This document shows positions 17,469 to 25,500 of a stretch of 64,000 nt of DNA, piece after piece. The stretch covers positions 1,805,782 through 1,869,781 of the forward strand of contig OY969802.1 of the NCBI GenBank assembly GCA_963703235.1, read 5' to 3'. Source of the stretch: an uncultured Solirubrobacterales bacterium. Lineage in GTDB: Bacteria > Actinomycetota > Thermoleophilia > Solirubrobacterales > 70-9. The stretch's first letter is position 1. Each line of letters begins with the position of its first letter. The translations under genes and the position numbers were made by a program. Below the pieces are notes generated by a model that had not been told where the DNA came from, ran no database searches, and saw nothing but the letters and a program-made list of their open reading frames with translations.

Positions 17469-18296
17469 CTAAGGAGCCAGTTCAGCGGTCACGGCCCAAG
17501 CGCCGTACGCAAACCAGTCTTCGGTCGGTTCGAATTTGAGGAGGGCGCCGCTCTCGCTGGCGGCGTCTTCGACGACGGCGCTGAGGGTAAATATTTTCGG
17601 TGCCAGAGTGCCGGATAGCGCGGCTTCGAATACGCACAGCTCACCCGGGGCGGCGACCGGGTTGTTGACGCCCCCTTCGGGACCACACTCGGGGTTTTCT
17701 TCAAGGATCTGTTCGAAGAAGGTGACGAAGTGGACATCGTCTTCCCCCAGCTCCGAGGCCAGTTTGATCGGGAAGGAGATCGAGGTATAGGCGGTCGCGG
17801 GCGACGCAGGACCGCTCGCAGCCCAGGCCCCCGTCAAGGTCGCGCCGGGGGGAAGCTCGTTGTCGGGGACCCAGGGTTTGCCATCTTCGCCGGCCTCGCC
17901 CTGTTCGCCGTTGCAGATTTCGGTGCTGGCTTGCCCTTCGACCATGACGCCGCCTCGTCCTCCGCATTCAGGGTCGCCGAATTCGATTTCGGTGGCGGTG
18001 ACGGATTTGCCGGCGGCGCCAGGATCGCCTTTGGCGCCTTTTTCGCCATTGGCTCCGTTAGCACCGTCTTTGCCGTTGGCACCGGCGGGTCCTTGCGGCC
18101 CGGCCGGTCCGGCGGGACCGGCCGGGCCCGGTTTACCGGGTTTTCCCGGTTTGCCCGGTTTGCCCCTTTTGGCGGAGGCGGTGGCGCCGTCGCCTGAGTC
18201 GTTGGCGGCGTAGGCGCCGCCGAGCATCGCGAAGACGAGGGCGATCACCGAGATCGCGCCCGGGATGCCGAAGCGGTTGCGTAGCGGTGAGAGCAT
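17469..18296 (-). CDS. membrane-anchored collagen-like (GXY repeat) protein with a Cys-containing C-terminal globular domain
   Basis: Track ORF of 275 aa. N-terminal hydrophobic anchor GAISVIALVFAMLGGAYA, then 18 uninterrupted GXY triplets (GKPGKPGKPGKPGPAGPAGPAGPQGPAGANGKDGANGANGEKGAKGDPGAAGKS). RBS ggagaagag lies upstream of the ATG. Confidence 0.8.
   Translation of the reverse strand: MLSPLRNRFGIPGAISVIALVFAMLGGAYAANDSGDGATASAKRGKPGKPGKPGKPGPAGPAGPAGPQGPAGANGKDGANGANGEKGAKGDPGAAGKSVTATEIEFGDPECGGRGGVMVEGQASTEICNGEQGEAGEDGKPWVPDNELPPGATLTGAWAASGPASPATAYTSISFPIKLASELGEDDVHFVTFFEQILEENPECGPEGGVNNPVAAPGELCVFEAALSGTLAPKIFTLSAVVEDAASESGALLKFEPTEDWFAYGAWAVTAELAP
18003..18164 (-). repeat. collagen triple-helix GXY coding repeat, including a 4 x 9-bp tandem (GGNAAACCN = GKP) at about 18127-18165
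   Basis: Read directly from the translation and from cccggtttaccgggttttcccggtttgcccggtttgccc. Confidence 0.85.
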
Positions 18297-18560
18297 CTAG
18301 AATCTCTTCTCCTTGTCCCGTGAGCCCCTCTGCCGGCCGCTTCCCTTGGCGGCTCCCGTGAAGCTCGGTTATGTCCCTGAAGCCCTGCCCGTCCCTACGA
18401 GCTGAACTGTTCCGTACATGGAACAACCAGAAAGATAGACAGTTGCGGACATAAAAGTCAAGCGAGGTTCGCAAAAGCGTCACGACAGGCACGAGCGAGG
18501 CCGTTCCCAAGACCGCTGCGATCCCTTCGCTGTGGGGAAAACCTGGGTACGCGCGTGTCT

Positions 18561-20054
18561 TTAAGCCGGAGCGGGGTCGAGCAGTACCAGGCCCCGTTCT
18601 TCTGCCTCGTCGGGTGCGACGAGGGCGTTGGTCCGCTCGAGGTGGCGGAGCGCCCGTGACATGTTCGACCAGTCGACGAGCGAGGACCAGCGCTGAGCAC
18701 GCTCGGCCATTTTCAACAGCGGCTCGGGGTTCGCCTGGCGACTCAACGCCCGCAAAGCACCGAGGTAGTCGGCTCGATAGCAGAGGGGGACCATGACCCG
18801 GCACTGACCGGCGGCGCTCAGCTCGGCGTTGAGCAGGGCCCGGGAGACGCGGCCGTTGCCGTCGGCGAAGGGGTGGACCTCGCTGACGGCGAACATCGCG
18901 AAGAGGGCCCGGGGGAAGCCGGCGGGGAGGGTCTCATAGAAGCTCCAGGCCTCGCGCAGGGTGCCGAGGACGAGGTCGGGGGCGACGAAGCTGGTCCCCC
19001 CCGCCCGGTTGGCGTGCTGCTTCCATTCGCCGGGGGCTTTGTTGGGGCGTTTCTCCAGAATGCGCCGGTTCAGCAGCCGCAGGAGCTCAGCGAAGTCGTC
19101 GGCGTCGCTCGGCGTGTGGGCGCGCAGCGCGGGGTCGGTGACGACGCCGAAGGTGCCAAGGACATCATGCGCGTCTTCCGGTCGCTCCTCGGGGATGACG
19201 CCGCCGAAGACGATCTCCTCCGCCTCCTCGACCTCGAACTCGGTGCCCTCGATGAAGTTCGAGAAGTAGGCCTCGAAGAAGGCGAAGACGCGCTCTGGAT
19301 CGGCGGGCTCGGGGCGCAGCGCCGCGACGTGGCCGGCAAGGGCGCCGTGCAGCCTCTCGAAGAGGGCGACCCGGGCGGCATCGAAAGGGTCGCGGCGACT
19401 CCGGGCCCGCCCGGGCTCGGTGACCAGGCGGGTGTCGCCGGTCCCGAGCAGCGCGGAGATCAGCTCGTCGAGCTGCTGGCGCTGCTCCGGCTCGGCGGAG
19501 AGGGTCGGGGCGAGTTCGCGGGCCTCGTCCCTGAGCCGCAGCAGGTCCCCCTCTCCGCGGTTGCGGGCGATCCGCTCCAACCACTCCTCCAGCTCGGCAC
19601 GGGTCAGGGTCCGAGGCACTCCAACCCGGCCGCGCGAGGGACGCACGTTTTCGAGCGCGGTGCGGGCCTCGCCGCTGCGGTAGAGAGGACCGAACTCCAT
19701 GTCGCCCTCGGCCGGGCCGGGGCCGGAGCGAGGCCGAAGAACGAGCCCGGGCAGCCGTACGGCGGTGGGATTCGCCGGCTCGGGCCCGGAGTCGAGGAAG
19801 AGCGAGCCGTCGGCCGCCGGTCGGGCTTCCACCGCCGAGCGACCGACCAGTACCGCGCCGGGGAAGTACAGTGCCGCGACGTCCATCCAGCGGCGTCGCA
19901 GCAGGCGCTCGGCCGGCTCGTCGAGGTTCCAGGTGTAGAGGCCACGCGCGAGGCGGCGCAGCTCACCACGGCGCAGGGCGCGGCCGGCGGCGTCCGCGTC
20001 GGCAGGCCGGAAGACCTCCGGTTCGCCCGAAAAGCTCTGTTTAGCGTCCGCCAT
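18561..20054 (-). CDS. Fic/DOC family protein with an AbiEi-antitoxin-like N-terminal region
   Basis: Track ORF of 497 aa. Canonical Fic motif HPFADGNGRVSR. The N-terminus GELRRLARGLYT...ALYFPGAVLVGRSAVE resembles the AbiEi_4 wHTH signature. Confidence 0.85.
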   Translation of the reverse strand: MADAKQSFSGEPEVFRPADADAAGRALRRGELRRLARGLYTWNLDEPAERLLRRRWMDVAALYFPGAVLVGRSAVEARPAADGSLFLDSGPEPANPTAVRLPGLVLRPRSGPGPAEGDMEFGPLYRSGEARTALENVRPSRGRVGVPRTLTRAELEEWLERIARNRGEGDLLRLRDEARELAPTLSAEPEQRQQLDELISALLGTGDTRLVTEPGRARSRRDPFDAARVALFERLHGALAGHVAALRPEPADPERVFAFFEAYFSNFIEGTEFEVEEAEEIVFGGVIPEERPEDAHDVLGTFGVVTDPALRAHTPSDADDFAELLRLLNRRILEKRPNKAPGEWKQHANRAGGTSFVAPDLVLGTLREAWSFYETLPAGFPRALFAMFAVSEVHPFADGNGRVSRALLNAELSAAGQCRVMVPLCYRADYLGALRALSRQANPEPLLKMAERAQRWSSLVDWSNMSRALRHLERTNALVAPDEAEERGLVLLDPAPA

Positions 20055-20072
20055 CCGCGGGTCTTTCGTCGA

Positions 20073-20096
20073 TTTCTCCCAGTTAAGGGGGAGAAA
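20073..20096 (-). terminator. possible hairpin terminator between the AAA ATPase and Fic genes
   Basis: TTTCTCCC-N8-GGGAGAAA inverted repeat in the 96-bp gap. There is no U-run, which is usual in high-GC genomes. Confidence 0.3.
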
Positions 20097-20150
20097 GAGA
20101 CGATAACCGCTGTTTAAGACGTGGCGGGCGCCTACGCGCCGTCGCCGTCT

Positions 20151-21422
20151 CTACGGACCCAGCAGGGCTGCGGGCACGACACCGATCCCGTCAGACCGGC
20201 GGTAGGCATGCTCGCCGGTGGTGACGACCAGCGCGTCGAGGAGTTCGTCGCCGATCTTCTTTCTCAGCCACCCGAGGTGACTGAGGTCGGCGTCCTTGAT
20301 CGTCCGTTTCAGCTTGACCTCGATCGCGATCACCCGGCCGTCCTGACGCTCGACGATGAGGTCGACCTCGCGGTCCCCCCCATAGGTGCGAAGGTGGCCG
20401 ATCCGTGCCTCGGCGTGTTGCCCATAGACCCTGACGCAAAGGGTCACGAGGGACTCGAAGAGCGCTCCGAGCAGCGTCCCATCCCGTGGCAGCGGTGGGC
20501 CGAGCTCCTGGTTCTCAAGCAGAGCTGGAGCAGTCGCACCCAGCAGGCGAGCCGCCAATGCCGGGTCCGCCAGCTGGTGCTTCGGTGCGGCCGAGAGTCG
20601 CGAAAGATGGCGACGGGTGGGCTGCCAGGCCGGTACCGGATCGAGGATCCAAAGCCGTTCCAGCACGCTCCGGTACGGCGCCGCTCCACGCCGCGAAGGC
20701 TTCTCCCCCTCGCCCCCCGTCGCGGCATCGCGAATCTTCTCGAACGACGTGGCGGTGGATGAGGCCGCCGCATAAGCGGTCATCCAACGGCGCAGCCCCG
20801 ACGGGTTGCGCACTTCGTGTTGCAGCTCGGCGAAGTCGCGGTCGACTATCCGGGCCAGGTATCCGTCGAGCTGAGTCCTCAGTGCCCGATCGGGGAGGCC
20901 CATGAGGCCGGGGAAGCCCGAGGCGACTATCTCCCGGGTGTAATCGTCCAGGCTCATGTTCGTCTCGCCGGAGAGTTCGGGCCGCCCCCCATCCAGGAGC
21001 TCCGAGAGGCTTACCGAGCCGGCTCCGCCGGCCCGCTCGATCAAAGACAGGGGGCGCATGCGGATCGTCGGGATGCGCCCGGCTCCGGAGTGCCTGCCGA
21101 CGCCGTCCGGCGATGCGGATCCGGTCAGCAGGTAGCGACCTGGCTCGCCTCCGGCGTCCACGGCGCGGCGGACCAGGTCCCAGCTCTCCGGCAGGCGCTG
21201 CCACTCGTCGAGCAGGATTGGCGGATCTGCCTCGAGGAGTCGCTTGGGATCCGCTTCGGCGAGCGCCAGATCGTCGGGATCGTCCAACCTGTGCACGGTC
21301 TTCGCGCGACGAGACGCGGTCTCCGTCTTGCCGACGCCTTTGGCGCCCTCGATGGCGAGCGCCGGCAAAGAGCCCAGCAGCTCGTCCAGCTCTTTCTCGA
21401 CGATTCGATGGCGATAAGCCAT
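20151..21422 (-). CDS. AAA-family ATPase with a DUF4143-type C-terminal PD-(D/E)xK-like domain
   Basis: Track ORF of 423 aa. Walker A EGAKGVGKT, Walker B-like ILLDEWQ. The C-terminal REVDLIVERQDGRVIAIEVKLK matches a D...E-x-K nuclease-fold motif. Confidence 0.8.
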   Translation of the reverse strand: MAYRHRIVEKELDELLGSLPALAIEGAKGVGKTETASRRAKTVHRLDDPDDLALAEADPKRLLEADPPILLDEWQRLPESWDLVRRAVDAGGEPGRYLLTGSASPDGVGRHSGAGRIPTIRMRPLSLIERAGGAGSVSLSELLDGGRPELSGETNMSLDDYTREIVASGFPGLMGLPDRALRTQLDGYLARIVDRDFAELQHEVRNPSGLRRWMTAYAAASSTATSFEKIRDAATGGEGEKPSRRGAAPYRSVLERLWILDPVPAWQPTRRHLSRLSAAPKHQLADPALAARLLGATAPALLENQELGPPLPRDGTLLGALFESLVTLCVRVYGQHAEARIGHLRTYGGDREVDLIVERQDGRVIAIEVKLKRTIKDADLSHLGWLRKKIGDELLDALVVTTGEHAYRRSDGIGVVPAALLGP

Positions 21423-21506
21423 CGAATTAGGTTACCATTTCGCAGCTTGGTGGTAGCCCATTTCGCAGCTCCTTGCTAACCAATGCCGCGCGGTGTTGCG
21501 GTCTAC

Positions 21507-21540
21507 GCGCTCGTCGCCGTCGAACTCGGTCTGCCTGAGC
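21507..21540. repeat. 34-bp direct repeat, left copy (pairs with 27531..27564)
   Basis: gcgctcgtcgccgtcgaactcggtctgccTgagc here against gcgctcgtcgccgtcgaactcggtctgccAgagc at 27531, which is 33/34 identical and in the same orientation. The left copy is intergenic. Confidence 0.9.
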
Positions 21541-21559
21541 GGGGCTTCCTTAGCGGTGC

Positions 21560-21931
21560 TCAGGTTTCCCGGTCCGCGTCGTCCGCCACCTGCCGCAGCT
21601 CCTCGATCGCGGGGCGGAGGGCGGCGACGCGTCTCAGCAGGGCGAGCCGTTCGGCCGGGGAGGGCGATTCCGGCTTGCCGCCGGGCACCGGAGGTGGCAG
21701 GTCGAGCAACTCCTCGACGCCGATCCCCAGTACCACCGCGATTCGCTCGGCTTTGTCGACCCTGACCCGCTCCTGAGCGCCGCTGCGCCAGGCGCCGATC
21801 GTGTCCTTGTTGACGCGGCTGCGTTCCTCCAGCTGCCGCACGGTGAGGCCGGCCGCGCTCATGAATTCGATCAGGCGTCCCGCAAGGCCGGGCGAGTCGA
21901 CCATCACGATACTGGCGCTGTACGGGCTCAC
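21560..21931 (-). CDS. XRE-family helix-turn-helix transcriptional regulator
   Basis: Track ORF of 123 aa, GTG start. HTH segment LIEFMSAAGLTVRQLEERSRVNKDTIGAWRSG. Divergent from the next ORF, with repeated boxes in the shared promoter region. Confidence 0.7.
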   Translation of the reverse strand: MSPYSASIVMVDSPGLAGRLIEFMSAAGLTVRQLEERSRVNKDTIGAWRSGAQERVRVDKAERIAVVLGIGVEELLDLPPPVPGGKPESPSPAERLALLRRVAALRPAIEELRQVADDADRET

Positions 21932-22002
21932 CCGTACAGAATGGCAGGGTTTGTCCGGTTATACCCGTACGCTGTGCCGACGATGTCGGAACGGACCCGT
22001 AC
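21920..22002. promoter_or_regulatory. operator-like ACCCGTAC boxes in the divergent XRE/hypothetical promoter region
   Basis: ACCCGTAC occurs at 21930, 21963 and 21995, with 32-33 bp spacing. An inverted copy GTACGGG at 21920 forms GTACGGG-ctca-CCCGTAC across the XRE start codon. Confidence 0.4.
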
Positions 22003-22564
22003 GCCGCCAGATCGCTCTCGAGAAAATCCCGAAGCTCGCGACGGCGCGCGCCTGCGACTGGTCCGCTCAGGGGCAGCCGACGGCACGACCTCGGCCAGCG
22101 AGCGCCTCCACCTGCCACCGAGCCGACGCCTCGAGGAGTTCGTCCACGCGGCGGCGGAGGCCGGGCTTGAACCCGCCGACGCGGTGCGGCTGGCGCTGGA
22201 GCGCGCCCTGGCCCTCGCCGACGCGGCGATCCTGCCGCTCGATGTGGAGGCCGCGCGCAGCCGCTTGAGCGAGGCTGCGGCCAGGGCAAGGGCGGGACGG
22301 CCGCTGACCGCCGCCCAGTCCGCCTACGTGCGCTCGCTCAGCGCCAAACGAGCGCGGCCGACCCCCGAGATCGGCGACGGGCTGGTCGTCGTCCTTCCCG
22401 ACCGGGTGCTGACCCGAGCCCGCGACACGGCGACCGAGACGGCCTTCCACGCCGGCGCCGTGGCGGAGATGGCAGCCTGGGAGATCGCCGCCACCCTCGA
22501 GGGCCGGACGATGGGCGAATGGGCGCTGCGCACTCTGGCGGCTGACAGCGCCGCCGTGGCCTAA
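21983..22564 (+). CDS. hypothetical protein (193 aa from the internal ATG; the track ORF starts at 21941)
   Basis: GC3-rich ORF divergent from the XRE gene. No recognisable motifs. Its 3' end overlaps the stop of the convergent 1083-aa gene by 4 nt. Confidence 0.45.
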   Translation: MSERTRTPPDRSRENPEARDGARLRLVRSGAADGTTSASERLHLPPSRRLEEFVHAAAEAGLEPADAVRLALERALALADAAILPLDVEAARSRLSEAAARARAGRPLTAAQSAYVRSLSAKRARPTPEIGDGLVVVLPDRVLTRARDTATETAFHAGAVAEMAAWEIAATLEGRTMGEWALRTLAADSAAVA

Positions 22565-25500
22565 GCGCCGCCCGCCTCGGCTGAGCCCGAGGCCTCGGCG
22601 GCGTCGTCCACCCGGGCGCCGTCGGCGCGCAAGTCCAGCGGCGCCTCGGCGAGCGCCGGCGCCTCGCGCCTCAGGGCCGCGCTCACGGCGCCGATCCGCT
22701 CGGCAAGCAGGTGGATCGCCCCCCTCGCGTCGACGGCCACCGGCCGCAACCGCTCGCGGTCCTCGTCGCCGTCGCCGAGTTCGACGTCCTCCGACAGCTC
22801 GCGGCCGGCGGCGTCGTCGCGCAACGCGGCCGAGCAGAGCTCCCACGCCGCCGGGGCGACGAAGACGTCGTCCGTCTCGGCGTCCGCGTCGCATTTCTTG
22901 GCCAGCTTGGTGACGCGGTTCAGGCAGCCGGCGACCGTGTTCCTCTCGTTGTGGCCGACCAGAAGCTCTCCTGCGTCGACGGCGGCATGGAAGCGCCAGT
23001 GCGGCTCGCCCTTGCGGTCGACGCCGAACGCCCTCGCATGCAGTTGGATCGCAGCGCCGCAGAGGACCGCCGGGTCGCCGACGGGGAATTCGATCCAGAG
23101 GTCGTCGCCCGCCGGCTCCCTCCCCTCCCGGCCGAGGAAGGCGGCGATCCAAAGCGTCGCCATCCCGAGGCCGCTGTTCCTCCAGGCGCGATCGGCCCGG
23201 GGCTCGTTCTTGCGGGTGTGGCTGCGCGAGCCGGCGAGGTCGACCGAGAGCACGGAGGCGTGTCGATCGACGTCTCGCGGCGGGCGGAGCCGAACCAGCT
23301 CACGGTCGGCCGGTCCCGCCGCAGCGGCGACGAAGGTGCGGACCTGCTCGAAGACGGAGAGCAGCTCCTCGGCGGCTGCCGCGATCGCCTTCTTCGTCTG
23401 GCGCGGAGGCAGCGGCACCTCGCCGCCGTCGACGAGCGAGGTCAGGGCCCGGCAAGCGCGCGCGGACGCGGCAACCGCGGCCTCGGAGGCCGCCTGCCCA
23501 GATGCCTGCTCACCCCTCCAGGCGAGGACCGAGGCGCCGTCCAGGCTCTCGACGAACGCCGCCAGGGCGGAGATCAACTCGACGAGCTGTCGCGGCAGCT
23601 CGTAGATGGCGCGCTCGGCGGGCGCCCGCAGCGAAGCGAGCACGCGGCGCTCGGGCTTCGGTGGCTTCTTACCGGGCCGCCGCTCCGCCGGCTTCTGCCA
23701 ACGCTCGCGAAGCGGTGCGCTCCAGTCGCCGTCGAGCAGCTGCAGCTTGGCGCGCGCCGCCGCCAGGTGCTCCTCGGCGCGGATGGCGACGCCATGCGAG
23801 CGTTCGTGAGGTTCCTCGCGGAGAATCAGGTTGAGCGGCCGCGACAGCGCCTCGACGGCGGCCTCGATCGAGCTGCGCACGTGGGTCAGGCCGAAGCGCC
23901 CGTCCGTGCACATCGCCCACGCCTTCAGCATGGCGTCAAGCCGCGCCGGCTCCAGCTCGTCGAGGAAGGGCGCCAGCAGCCCGACGTGGGCATCGATCTC
24001 AGCTGCGCTCTTGCGCAGGTCGAGCGAGAGCGCGTCGTCGTCCCAACCGCGCCGGAACCGGCGTGTCGGTTTGACCGCGCCGCCCTTGACGCTGTAGAAG
24101 CGGGAGGTGTGCTCGCCCAGCGGCACCGGCCTCTCGCTGTGCAGGAGGACCGGCTCGGGCGCGCCGGGGCTCGGCCTCACTTCGAGCACGATCGACTGGT
24201 CCTCGAAGACGAGCGGCTGCAGGATCGCGACGAGCGAGGTAAGCATCTCCAGCGGGATAGGCTCGCCCGCGAACCGCTGTGAGCGGTCGGCGACGCAGTG
24301 GCAGATCGCCGCCGCCGCCTCCTCCGAGAGGCCGAGGCGGAAGGCATTGACGTTGTGGGGCTGCTCGTCCCGGCCCAGCTCCGAGACCCGGTACTTGCGC
24401 TGCGCCAGAAGCGAGCCGTCGGCGCGGGGCTCGACGGCGACGAACGGCACGATCGTCGTCGTCGCCAGGCCGAAGTCGACGCAGCGGCTGGCGAGCAGCG
24501 GGTCGCGGTCCGGCAGGGCGGCGACGATCTCCGGCAACGAGCGTCCCGTTCGCACGGCCGGGTCGTGCTCGGGATGCGCCAACCACTCCTCGTACATCGC
24601 CCGCAGCTCGGCCTCCATCGACTCGGTGGCGTCCGCAACCCGCGAGTCGAGGAACAGCTGCGGCGCGCCGCCCTCAACCCGCTCGAAGGACGCCTCGCGC
24701 GCCGCTGCGGCGTCGAGGTCGGCCGCGACGTGAGCGACGACGGCAGCGGCCAGGTCGGGGCCGTAGAGGCGCTCGAACGGCTCCCGCTGGGCGACCAGCT
24801 CGGCGCCCGGGAAGTCGGCGGCCAGCACCGTGGCGAGGCCGCATGCCAGCTCCACCTCCATGCCTGCCGAGAGCGCTTCGAATGCCGTCTCGGCGTCGAG
24901 CGCCCTCGCCTCGCCGGCGAGCAGCTCACCGACGCTGCCCGCGCGGCCGACCGCCGCGCGGATCCGCTCCCTGACGGGGTCGGCGGAGTAGCGGGGGCGA
25001 TGGAGATCGTCGGGCGGCGGCAGGGTCAGCGCCGGGAAGGCGACGGGAACGACGTAGACGCAGTCGTTCTGCGGGTCGGGGAAAAAGCGCAGCTTGCGCG
25101 GTCCGGCGGCGCCCCCCTCCTCCTCGCCGCCCGGCGCGATCCCGGGCAGGGCGGGGAAGTGCAGCGTCATCGGGTGGAATTCGTCGCGCCGCTCGCGCGA
25201 GGCGTCGATCGTCACCGTGCCGTAGGCGCCAAGGGCCTCCTCCAGCTTCCACCAGCTCCGCTGCAACCGCTCCGGCAGGCGCAGCTCGAAGAGGAAGTGG
25301 TCAACCTCGGGCGGCAGGCCGCGGGCGACGACCAGCTCGGTCAGCTGCCAGACGTACTCGCGGTAGAGGTCGTCCTCGACGCTCAGGTAGCAGTCGGCGC
25401 CGGGGTGGGCGACGTCGGCATCGCCGACGCAGGCGACCGCCTGGGCGACCGTCGCCCCGTAGGACTCGACCCGGGCGCGGTGACGCTCCAGGTTCGCCCC

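Noticed and set aside
18003-18164. Tandem short repeats considered as a possible CRISPR or VNTR array
   Set aside because: They are the in-frame GXY/GKP codons of a collagen-like CDS. There is no repeat-spacer architecture and there are no cas genes anywhere in the window.
18401-18425. GTTCC-N6-GGAAC inverted repeat upstream of the collagen-like gene, considered as an operator
   Set aside because: The arms are only 5 bp long with an asymmetric centre. There is no second copy and no obvious cognate regulator, so it is too weak to report.
21423-21506. Sequence left of the left 34-bp repeat, considered as the displaced original 3' end of the response-regulator gene (which would prove integration)
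   Set aside because: In the regulator's frame it reads ...VDRNTARHWLARSCEMGYHQAAKW*, which does not resemble an OmpR wing-helix C-terminus. The att-scar idea is therefore kept only as a hypothesis.
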